Assembly: GCA_963716395.1 (NCBI GenBank)
Contig: OY970309.1
Coordinates: 1,312,001 to 1,376,000, forward strand
Reading direction: 5' to 3'
Length of the DNA: 64,000 bases
Source of the DNA: an uncultured Fibrobacteria bacterium
GTDB taxonomy: Bacteria > Fibrobacterota > Fibrobacteria > UBA11236
Below the pieces are notes generated by a model. It did no database searches. It had not been told where the DNA came from and saw only the letters and a list, made by a program, of their open reading frames with translations. The position numbers were made by a program, and so were the translations under genes. Positions 56,020-64,000 of the stretch are shown here, one piece after another. Position 1 is the stretch's first letter. Each line of letters opens with the position of its first letter.

Positions 56020-56341
56020 CGCCGACTCCTGACGCGGGCGAGTTGCCCACTGCCCACTGATAAGGTAAGCAATTCCGCCGGGGCGCGCTTCCGGTGGCTT
56101 TGCGGCTGCGGTAGAGGGAAGAAACATGGGAATGGGTGCGAAAGACGGCGACCTCCATTTAACTTTGCGGCGTGTTGCCAGCCACGCTGCGGAGTCGGTT
56201 GTCCGGTTCGCGCCCGACCACCGCAATTTCCCATCCATTCGTAATTATTTCGTCCTTTCGCCGGGAAAATCCATGCAGTCAATGTGATGGCGGCAGCTGG
56301 AATGAGGTCCTCGCAGCCAGGAGCGGAAGGGGAAATTTGGC

Positions 56342-57460
56342 ATGGGATTGAAGCCGGATTTCAAATCCACCGCGCTTTCGGCCCAGGCGGCGGCCCATGA
56401 AGTCGGTCAAATCCTGGTACTATGCCCCATCGGCTTGGGAAATTTCCTTTTGTGCTTGCCGGCCCTGCGCAGTCTCTCCCAGACGGTGGGCCCACAGAGA
56501 CTTTCTGTGCTGGCTTTGAAACCCGCCATTGCCACCATGGCCCGGGGCAGCGGACTATGCGGCGAAGTTTTGGCCTGGGATCCGGATCGCGAAGGAATCC
56601 TCCGCGGCCTCGCTTTGTTGCGAACCTTGCGCGCTCGGCGTTGCAGCCGAAGTGTGGCGCTTTTTCCCACCGGCCATTGGAAGTTCGCCGCGTTGCAATT
56701 TTTGTCCGGAGCGCGCCGGCGTCTGGGGTTCGCGTATCCGCATCAAAGGGCCTCGGCCTGGGTGCAACACCATTCCCTGCCCGTGCAAGACCAACATGAT
56801 GTGGCCCAGAATCTGCGACTGATCGAGTTTTTTTTGGGCCGGAAATTGGCCGAAGCCGGCTCGCCTTTCTTTCCCCTGCCACCGGAATATCCCGCCGGCT
56901 TGAACCGGGAGGAAAAATTTTTTGCCTGCCATCCCGGGTCGAGCGCGGAGCGCGGCATGGCGGAAAAGCGCCTGCCCGCCCTCGTTTTCGCGGAATTGAT
57001 TCGCCGCATCCACTATGAAACCGGGTGGTCCTGCGTCTTGGTGGGAGGCTCCGAGGAACAAAGCCTGCGTGCCGCCGTCGCCGCGGAATGCCCGGAGGCC
57101 ATCCTGCCCGTGTCTGCGGCCTCGCTGCCGGAAACCGCGGGCCTGCTGCAACGCGCCCGCCTTTTCCTAGGGAACGACAGCGGGCTCATGCATCTCGCCG
57201 CGGCTGTGGGTACGCGCTGCGCGGCTTTTTTCGGACCCACCGACGAACGCCGCACCGGGCCCTTCGGCTATTGGGAAGATCTCGCCGGGCAGCCGCGGCA
57301 TCTCATTCTTCGCCGCGGCGAACTGACGTGCGCCCCCTGTTGGACGGTGCGCACCCTGGGTAACAACCCTCCCTGCATTTACGGGGATACGCGCTGCTTG
57401 CGTGACTTCGGCGCCGAAGGGATTTGGAAACGACTCCGGGATTGGATTGGGAGTCTGTGA
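56342..57460 (+). CDS. Glycosyltransferase family 9 (LPS heptosyltransferase-like)
   Basis: GLGN, HPGS...KR and GNDSGLMHLAAAVG...FFGPT. Confidence 0.9.
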   Translation: MGLKPDFKSTALSAQAAAHEVGQILVLCPIGLGNFLLCLPALRSLSQTVGPQRLSVLALKPAIATMARGSGLCGEVLAWDPDREGILRGLALLRTLRARRCSRSVALFPTGHWKFAALQFLSGARRRLGFAYPHQRASAWVQHHSLPVQDQHDVAQNLRLIEFFLGRKLAEAGSPFFPLPPEYPAGLNREEKFFACHPGSSAERGMAEKRLPALVFAELIRRIHYETGWSCVLVGGSEEQSLRAAVAAECPEAILPVSAASLPETAGLLQRARLFLGNDSGLMHLAAAVGTRCAAFFGPTDERRTGPFGYWEDLAGQPRHLILRRGELTCAPCWTVRTLGNNPPCIYGDTRCLRDFGAEGIWKRLRDWIGSL

Positions 57461-57478
57461 TATACGTCGCGTATACGA

Positions 57479-58042
57479 TTAAATCGGCACGCGGCCCAGC
57501 AAATCCCAAAAGCGAACAGCCAATTTGGTGATAAAGGGATCGAGTTTTGAATCGAAGCGCGCGCCTTTCAGGGTCTGCAACCCTTCGCGGGCATAGAAGG
57601 CGCTTTTCTCCGCCTGCTCCTGTAAGGCGTAAATTTCGGAGAGCACGCGGTTGGTTTCGAGCCAAGCCGGCAGAAAAGAAGCCTGGCCGCGGCTTTCGAC
57701 CAGTTCTTTGGCCACCAAACGCGCTTCTTCGTAATACTCGAGAGCCGCCTGGGGTCGCGACTGCGCGCGCGCCAAGGCGATGTTGTCTTCGAACAAAGCG
57801 GGGCCGAACTCCCATTCGCGATAGTGAAAGAAAAGCCGATGCCGCAGGTCGCGTTGATTCTGCAGCGCTTCCAGATCCGAAGGGGTTTTTGCTTCCTCGC
57901 TTTCTCCCGCCCAATCCTCGCCCAGCCGCGTCATGGCGGTTTGCAAAGACGGAAAGGCGAGGCTGGGTTCGGGGTGGTACGAGAAAGAACCGGGGGCTTC
58001 GACTAAGCTCATCCAAACGGAACGGGAAGAAAAGTAGGACAT
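57479..58042 (-). CDS. Hypothetical helical (TPR-like) protein
   Basis: ATG at 58042 after GGAG; all-alpha pattern; no recognised family. Confidence 0.55.
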   Translation of the reverse strand: MSYFSSRSVWMSLVEAPGSFSYHPEPSLAFPSLQTAMTRLGEDWAGESEEAKTPSDLEALQNQRDLRHRLFFHYREWEFGPALFEDNIALARAQSRPQAALEYYEEARLVAKELVESRGQASFLPAWLETNRVLSEIYALQEQAEKSAFYAREGLQTLKGARFDSKLDPFITKLAVRFWDLLGRVPI

Positions 58043-58207
58043 GATATCTAGTGTCTCCTTGGCAGGAGAATACAACATCTAGTATGCATCTTCATTATAA
58101 AAATTCCCAATTACGCCTTAAAAAACTCATAAACGGCGGAATATTCCGCGGATTGAGTTGGGGAGTTTTGGGAACTTAGGAGTTGTGAGTTTGGCGAAGC
58201 CGAGCCG

Positions 58208-58819
58208 TCAGTCTTTGGCTTTTCGCAAGAGCCAAATCTCTTCTTTACCCGCGCGTTCGGGAACGCTTTTTTTCGGAGGAATGCGCTCTTCGATTTCGAG
58301 CACACCATCCAAGCGCGCCATGAGTTCGCCTTCGGAAGTGGGATGCGGCGGGCCGTCCAACGACGTGGAGCGAATCAGCGGATAGAAGATGGCGATCACC
58401 ACGCCGTTGGGCCGCAGCATTTTGTCCCAAACCTCGAAATATTCGTCGCGCCGTCCCGGGTGAATGGCGCTGAAGCAGCCGTACTCGTAAATGATGTCGA
58501 AAGGTTCGGTGCTCTTGGGGCTGAGTTCGAAAAGATCGATGTTGAGCACCGAGAGCTTGGGGTGCTTTTCGGCCAAGGCCGACAAGGCGCCCACCGCGGT
58601 TTGCGCGAAATCGACGGCCAGGGTTTCATGCCCGCGCTGCGCCCAAGCCGCGGCGTCGAGTCCGCGGCCCGCTCCCGGAACCAGCACGCGTCCCTTTTTG
58701 GGGCATAACGCGTGCTTGAAAAATTCCTGCAAGACGGGATTCACCTTGCCCAGATCCCACAGGTCTTTTTTGGTCTGGTACAGCGATTCCCAATACTCGG
58801 GAAGATTTTGCGTGAGCAT
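58208..58819 (-). CDS. TPMT / halide-thiocyanate-type SAM-dependent methyltransferase
   Basis: YWESLY...WDLG, RVLVPGAGRGLD, FDIIYEYGCFSAI and GPPHP. Confidence 0.85.
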   Translation of the reverse strand: MLTQNLPEYWESLYQTKKDLWDLGKVNPVLQEFFKHALCPKKGRVLVPGAGRGLDAAAWAQRGHETLAVDFAQTAVGALSALAEKHPKLSVLNIDLFELSPKSTEPFDIIYEYGCFSAIHPGRRDEYFEVWDKMLRPNGVVIAIFYPLIRSTSLDGPPHPTSEGELMARLDGVLEIEERIPPKKSVPERAGKEEIWLLRKAKD

Positions 58820-59866
58820 CTAGGCGACCTTTGGAAGGGGGATGGCAAGCTGCCCGCAGGCGGCAAGAATGTCGGGACCGCGCGGGCGGCGGCGTAAAAC
58901 CTCGTAATCGCCTTGGCGCAAGATGGCTTCAAAGGCGCGCATTTCCTCTTCTTCGGGCGGTTGCAGCGCCGCATCGTCGCCGCGATTCAGGGGAATGAGG
59001 TTGATTTTGCAATGCCGGTGGGCCGCGATGCGCTTCAATTCGCGCGCGGCTTCTTCGCTACAGGTGCGTCCGCGAATGAGAATGTATTCGAAGGTCAAGG
59101 TCTGGCCCGTGAGCCGGATGTATTCGTCGGCGGCGGCCAGCAACGCCGCGAGATTCCAGCGGCGGTTCACCGGCATCAGGGCCGAGCGCATGGCGTCGTT
59201 GCTGCCGTTCAAACTGATGGCCAGCTTGTAATCGGGCGCGCGCTGCGCCCACTCCAGAATTTTGGGAACAATGCCCGAGGTGGAAACCGTGATATGGCTT
59301 TTGCCAATGCCGAAGCCGTCTTCGGCCGACAGGGTTTCGCAGGCCCGGGCCACGTTTTCGAGATTGTGCAGCGGCTCGCCCATGCCCATGAAAATCACAT
59401 TGGTGACGCGCGATCCATCGCTTGCGAGGAGAAAGCGGTTGGCCCAATACACCTGTTCGAGAATTTCGCCCAAGGTCAGATTGCGCACGAATCCCATGGA
59501 CGCGGTGCGGCAAAAGGTGCAGCCCATGGCGCAGCCGATTTGCGAGGATACGCAGAGCGAACGCCGGGATTCGGTGGGAATGAGCACGGTTTCGAAAACA
59601 TGTCCGTCTTCGGTTTCCAAGGCCCATTTGCGCGTTCCGTCGAGGCTGACCTGGCAAGCGCGTTCACGTAGAACCGAAACCGCGGCCTCTTGCTGCAAAG
59701 TTTCGATTAATTTCTTGGGGAGGTTGGTCATGCGCGGGAATTCGGATTCCCGACGGCGAAAAACCCAGTCGCGGATTTGGCGCGCGCGATAACGGGGCTC
59801 GCCTTGAGAAACGGCGAAATCAGCGAGTTCTTCGACCCCGATGTTCAACAGGTGTTTTTTTTGCAT
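58820..59866 (-). CDS. rlmN: 23S rRNA (adenine-2503-C2)-methyltransferase, radical SAM
   Basis: SSQIGCAMGCTFC, FMGMGEP, TFEYILI and DILAACGQL. Confidence 0.97.
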   Translation of the reverse strand: MQKKHLLNIGVEELADFAVSQGEPRYRARQIRDWVFRRRESEFPRMTNLPKKLIETLQQEAAVSVLRERACQVSLDGTRKWALETEDGHVFETVLIPTESRRSLCVSSQIGCAMGCTFCRTASMGFVRNLTLGEILEQVYWANRFLLASDGSRVTNVIFMGMGEPLHNLENVARACETLSAEDGFGIGKSHITVSTSGIVPKILEWAQRAPDYKLAISLNGSNDAMRSALMPVNRRWNLAALLAAADEYIRLTGQTLTFEYILIRGRTCSEEAARELKRIAAHRHCKINLIPLNRGDDAALQPPEEEEMRAFEAILRQGDYEVLRRRPRGPDILAACGQLAIPLPKVA

Positions 59867-59918
59867 GCACGTTGAAATGTAATAAATTCAACAGGTTGCA
59901 TAAACTGAACATCGGTGC

Positions 59919-60455
59919 ATGCCGCAACATGATGCTGCGGGCCGCCGGAGATCGAACGTGGTCCGAGAAGCCGCAGTCGCTTTGATCCGCATAGAAGATG
60001 GTGCCGAAGAATATTTGATTCTGCGGCGCGCGTTGGACGAACGCGATCCCTGGTCCGGGCATTTCTCATTGCCCGGCGGCCGACGCGATCCCTCCGACCC
60101 GGATTTGCTGGCCACCTGCCTGCGCGAAACCCGCGAGGAATGCGGGGTGCAACTCGGTCAAGCGAGTTTGTTACGCATTCTGTCCCCGGCCACAGCCGGC
60201 AACGTTTTCGGCCACCCATCGCAGGTGACACCCTTTCTGTTCACATTGCCCCGGCGCCCGACCCTAGTTTTGGATGCGAAGGAGATCGCCGCCGCCCATT
60301 GGGTGACGGTGGATTACCTGCGCGATCCCGCCAACCAGATGCAAGCGGCGACCTTGCCCGAGCAACCCGGGCGCCTGTTTCCCGGAATTCGCCTCGGCGA
60401 CGGATTCATCTGGGGATTCACCTACAAAGTGCTGCAGGGGCTGCTCGGATTTTAA
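59919..60455 (+). CDS. Nudix hydrolase (CoA pyrophosphatase-like)
   Basis: PWSGHFSLPGG...LRETREECG and IWGFTY. Confidence 0.9.
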   Translation: MPQHDAAGRRRSNVVREAAVALIRIEDGAEEYLILRRALDERDPWSGHFSLPGGRRDPSDPDLLATCLRETREECGVQLGQASLLRILSPATAGNVFGHPSQVTPFLFTLPRRPTLVLDAKEIAAAHWVTVDYLRDPANQMQAATLPEQPGRLFPGIRLGDGFIWGFTYKVLQGLLGF

Positions 60456-60485
60456 CCCGACAACCCCCTGCGTTCCGCATTTGCC

Positions 60486-61421
60486 TTAAAACGCTGAGGC
60501 CAAGGAAACCTTGAACAAAACCGGCGCCACGATTTGGTTGCCCTTCACGTTTTGCAGCACCGGCCATTCGGCATCGGCATAGAATTTCACCGGGTGAAAA
60601 TGGAATTCAAGGCCCGGAGACAGCAAAATGCGCTGGTATCCCGAAGCGACGGGATCGGCGGAATTGGGTCCGGTGTCGCGCAGGCGTTCCGACGCGATGA
60701 TTTGCGCCAGGGGTTTGATCTGGACCAAACCCAGCATGAGCGGGTTATAGTGGATTCCCAGGGATTCGTCGAACTCCGATCCGGGCGTGTAACCGTCTTG
60801 AGAAAGAAACGGCACATCCAATTGCGCCATGAACAGCCAGGTCCAACGGTTGCTGGCCGTCAAAGCATGGCGGAAGAATCCGCCGGCCAAGACGTCGGTG
60901 CTGCCGCTGCCGATTTGGGTGTCGCGATCCACGACGTCGGAGTCTTGGGTGTGGCTGCCCGTCGGTAATTTCAATCCCAGGCTGACTCCGGTGGACAGGT
61001 CCTCGGAAAATCCGGTGTACATTCCCTGGATGCGAATGTCGCCGACTCCGCTGAAATTATCCGCAACCAAATTGCCGTCATCATCCTCGGTATTGAAATA
61101 CCGGAACCAGTACGGCGCTTCGACTTTAACGCCCCAACTGCGGTTGAAGAGGTATTGCAGCCCCAGCGTCAGGAAATGCGTGCTGATTTCTTTGTCGTCA
61201 TTGCTGTCGGCCGGGGCGCTGGAGGTCCCGCTCCAGTTTTGGTTTTGATCCTGGTAGTCATAATTCAGATACACCATGCCGCCCGCGCCGGAGGGCAACA
61301 TGGAACTGGTGCCCACATTGAATACGCCGCATCCGCAGGCACAGGCCGCGGCCGGTATCGGCGCCAGCACTATTCCGGCGGATAGCAGGAAAATGAGTTT
61401 AACGTAAAATGAAGATTTCAT
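60486..61421 (-). CDS. Outer-membrane transporter-like beta-barrel (MetA/phenol-degradation family) with N-terminal CACGCG
   Basis: Signal peptide then CACGCG; SGVGDIR, LGLKLPTG and QIGSGSTD; C-terminal Phe. Confidence 0.75.
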   Translation of the reverse strand: MKSSFYVKLIFLLSAGIVLAPIPAAACACGCGVFNVGTSSMLPSGAGGMVYLNYDYQDQNQNWSGTSSAPADSNDDKEISTHFLTLGLQYLFNRSWGVKVEAPYWFRYFNTEDDDGNLVADNFSGVGDIRIQGMYTGFSEDLSTGVSLGLKLPTGSHTQDSDVVDRDTQIGSGSTDVLAGGFFRHALTASNRWTWLFMAQLDVPFLSQDGYTPGSEFDESLGIHYNPLMLGLVQIKPLAQIIASERLRDTGPNSADPVASGYQRILLSPGLEFHFHPVKFYADAEWPVLQNVKGNQIVAPVLFKVSLASAF

Positions 61422-61518
61422 TTTTTTCCTGTTCTGTTATTTGTTTAAAGCCAAATCCATCTAACACAGGCCGCGGAAAAGCGGCTTTTTATCGAGAACG
61501 CCGGAGAAAAAACGGGTT

Positions 61519-61974
61519 TTAAACGATGGGGATTTTAAGCGTCGGCCGTGGATAACCGGTTTGTGTGGCGGCATCGATTCGAAATGACAGAGGCTCGGTG
61601 GATGCGATGGGCCGCCAAAGAAAATTCGGTTCGGGGAGTGGCGACGAAATCATTTCTTGGGCAAAGGCCCGGTGCGAGGTGCAAGTCGCCAGATAAGGCT
61701 GTTCCAGGGTCGGGCGATCCTGCGCGTCATAGGCCCTGCCCACCTCGACATAGGTTTTGGGGCACATGCAGTCTTTGGGACAGCCGTCGGGATGATGGGG
61801 ACAGGTGGCGATGTAAATCCTGCCGTTCACCGTGATGCGCAGCGCGGCCGACAAGGCGCCGTGATTTCCGAAGTCATACGATCCCATGGAGGCCAGGTTT
61901 ACGAGCCAGACGGCGATCCAAGCCACCCCGATGCCGCTCCGCCCCGCCCGGCGCCACCAGCGTACATGCCGCAT
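61519..61974 (-). CDS. Cys/His-rich small membrane protein (DUF2946-like putative metal-sensing leader)
   Basis: N-terminal TM; CPHHPDGCPKDCMCPK; Pro-rich C-terminus GYPRPTLKIPIV; upstream of the Cys-rich barrel. Confidence 0.55.
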   Translation of the reverse strand: MRHVRWWRRAGRSGIGVAWIAVWLVNLASMGSYDFGNHGALSAALRITVNGRIYIATCPHHPDGCPKDCMCPKTYVEVGRAYDAQDRPTLEQPYLATCTSHRAFAQEMISSPLPEPNFLWRPIASTEPLSFRIDAATQTGYPRPTLKIPIV

Positions 61975-62036
61975 GGATAAAATCTACTCACCGGCTTTGT
62001 GCGTTCCGCACGCAGCGGGGAGTTTAGATTTGCAGT

Positions 62037-62696
62037 ATGCGTCCGGAGCGAAAATTGGCGCCCAGCATTTTGAATGCCGACTTCGGGCATTTGTCGCATG
62101 AGGTGCAAACCGTGGAACGCGCCGGCGCCGATTGGATTCACCTCGACGTGATGGATGGGCGCTTCGTGCCCAACCTCACCCTCGGGCCGGTGGTGGTGGA
62201 GGCGGTGCGGCGCCATACCCAACTTCCCCTCGACTGCCATTTGATGGTGGTGGAGCCGGAAAAACTCGTGGCCGATTTCGCCCAAGCCGGCGCCGCTTCG
62301 ATCACCGTGCATGCCGAGGCGACCCATCATCTCGACTCCCTGTTGCATTTCATCAAAGCACAGGGCTGCCGGGCCGGCGTGAGCTTGAACCCGGCCACGC
62401 CGATCGGCGTGCTGGAAAACATCTTGCCCGAGGCCGATCTGGTGTTGCTGATGTCGGTGAATCCCGGCTTCGGGGGCCAGAAGTTCATTCCCTATTGCCT
62501 GGAGAAGGCGCGCGCGCTGCGCTCGCAATGCGACGCCCGCGGACTGCGCACCGATATTCAAATGGACGGCGGCATTTCCCTGGGCAATGCCGGAGAAATT
62601 CTGGACGCGGGCGTGAATGTGCTGGTGGTGGGAACCGCGATTTTCGGTGCGGCCGATCCGGGTTCGGCCACGGCGCAATTCAAGGCGTTGCTGTAA
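62037..62696 (+). CDS. rpe: Ribulose-phosphate 3-epimerase
   Basis: APSILNADF, HLDVMDGRFVPN, DCHLM, MSVNPGFGGQKF and MDGG. Confidence 0.97.
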   Translation: MRPERKLAPSILNADFGHLSHEVQTVERAGADWIHLDVMDGRFVPNLTLGPVVVEAVRRHTQLPLDCHLMVVEPEKLVADFAQAGAASITVHAEATHHLDSLLHFIKAQGCRAGVSLNPATPIGVLENILPEADLVLLMSVNPGFGGQKFIPYCLEKARALRSQCDARGLRTDIQMDGGISLGNAGEILDAGVNVLVVGTAIFGAADPGSATAQFKALL

Positions 62697-62786
62697 GCGG
62701 GCTTTTCGAGCCGGCGCTGTGCCGCCGGCCGCCGTCAAAACGCACCGCCGTATTTAGTTTATACCGGAACCAGGGGAGGACGGTTT

Positions 62787-63956
62787 ATGTTGCGTTACGC
62801 CATTTATTTTCTTGCATCGGCTTTTCCGCTCGCGTTGTGTGCCCAGGATTCCACGAGCGCCACGGCCGCAGCCAAACCCGCCGCGACGGCCGGGTTCGCG
62901 CAGATCACCCATGTGGGTTTCGACACTTTGTCGCTGGGCGGAACTTTCCAAGTCCAGGGCTTTTACCACGACATGGATGATGACAATGATCAAAACAAAC
63001 AACTAAGCCTGTCGGTCAATGAATTCCGCCTGGATCTCAACGGCGTCTACAACGAACATTTCGGCGTGTTGGGGCAATTCCTGGTGCAAGCCAATGCGCA
63101 ACAACTCGGCATCGAAAACGCCTATGGCTTTTTTCACGCCGGCGAATGGGTTTTCAAGGCGGGTAAGCTGGCCAAGCCTTTTTCCATGGAGGCTTTGCAG
63201 GATGATGCGACCCTCCCCACCGTGCAGCGCGGCGAACTCTATAACAACTTTCTGGTCAACACCACCGGTTACGCTCTGTACGACGTAGGCGCCACGATAC
63301 AAGGCGGATTCGTCGACGCCGGTAATGCGTTGACTTATGAAATCGGACTTTTCAACGGCAAGCAAAACAACTCTCCCGACTCGAATTACAGCGGTGCGCA
63401 ATACGTGACGCAAGACGCGGGATTCCGGGCCAAAGACTTCGCGGGTCGCCTGGCATACAAGGGTTTGGGCGGTCTCGAAGCCGATTTGGCCTTTTCGACC
63501 AAGACGGCCGAAGTGTTAAACGGTCCGGGTAATCTCGACGTGAAAGGCATCGCCGCCTATGAGGCCGGCCTGGCTTACGAACGCCAGGGTCTGCGCTTTC
63601 AGGGTGAAATCGCCTGGGGCGACAATCAAAACGGATTGGACTCGAACATCGTCGAGGCGGACAGCAGTTCGGAGTTTCTCGCCTTTTACGCCATGCTCTT
63701 GTGGCGGCATCAATATTCGCATGGCCGCGCCAGCGAAGCCCTGGTGAAAATGCAAGGATTGGATCCGACCATGAGCTTCTCCGGCAGCAGCAAACCCAAC
63801 GATGGAAAATTCCGTTACACCTTAGGCGCGAATTACTTCTTCACCCCGAAAGTTTCCGTATTGCTCGACTACGGCATTTTACAGCCCATCACCAAGGTCG
63901 CGGGGGAGGGCCATTTGGTCTATGATCTCGACGCCCTGTGGCGTCTTAATTTTTGA
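62787..63956 (+). CDS. Porin (OprO/OprP-like anion-selective porin family)
   Basis: Signal peptide; GKLAKPFSMEAL, YEIGLFNG, KDFAGRL and LGANYFF; C-terminal Phe. Confidence 0.7.
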   Translation: MLRYAIYFLASAFPLALCAQDSTSATAAAKPAATAGFAQITHVGFDTLSLGGTFQVQGFYHDMDDDNDQNKQLSLSVNEFRLDLNGVYNEHFGVLGQFLVQANAQQLGIENAYGFFHAGEWVFKAGKLAKPFSMEALQDDATLPTVQRGELYNNFLVNTTGYALYDVGATIQGGFVDAGNALTYEIGLFNGKQNNSPDSNYSGAQYVTQDAGFRAKDFAGRLAYKGLGGLEADLAFSTKTAEVLNGPGNLDVKGIAAYEAGLAYERQGLRFQGEIAWGDNQNGLDSNIVEADSSSEFLAFYAMLLWRHQYSHGRASEALVKMQGLDPTMSFSGSSKPNDGKFRYTLGANYFFTPKVSVLLDYGILQPITKVAGEGHLVYDLDALWRLNF

Positions 63957-64000
63957 AATCGCCGTGCGCAAATTCCCCGTTTCCACGGATTTCGGCACCG

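Noticed and set aside
59871-59892. GTTGAA-N10-TTCAAC inverted repeat between rlmN and the Nudix gene
   Set aside because: The arms are only 6 bp; it could be an operator but no regulator can be assigned.
1-64000. CRISPR array, rRNA, tRNA, prophage, integrase or transposase
   Set aside because: Reading found no regularly spaced direct repeats, structural RNA signatures or mobile-element proteins. Short tRNAs cannot be fully excluded without a scan.

Overview
GC-rich bacterial chromosomal window with about 60 densely packed genes. I found no rRNA, tRNA, CRISPR array or transposase. The gene complement points to an FCB-superphylum organism, most like a non-rumen Fibrobacterota; this is inference from secreted proteins with T9SS-like C-terminal tags, ileS2-dksA synteny and a TPR-protein/lipoprotein pair. 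Housekeeping genes include purA, fmt, ileS, rlmN, rpe, pdxA, rfbB, a sulfite/nitrite reductase and lpoB. Accessory blocks are a carbamoyltransferase/SxtJ/SxtK/SGNH cluster with a 114-bp MITE-like element, a sugar ABC operon divergent from a PL9 lyase, a cobalamin-riboswitch-controlled TonB receptor with a lipoprotein, and a Cys-rich putative metal-uptake pair. The most notable region is 20.4-30.8 kb, a hybrid flavin/heme extracytoplasmic redox locus. It encodes ApbE, a CxxCH/CxxxxCH heme lipoprotein, DUF4266, DUF3570 with two DxxSGAS motifs, TlpA, CcdA, a secreted FN3 protein with a DVISAAS motif, a NusG-II protein and a Gx-transporter/EcfT-like fusion. These converge on a 949-aa lipoprotein in which seven Ig-like repeats alternate with three His/Met cytochrome c domains. 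All family calls are from motif recognition only; no searches were run.
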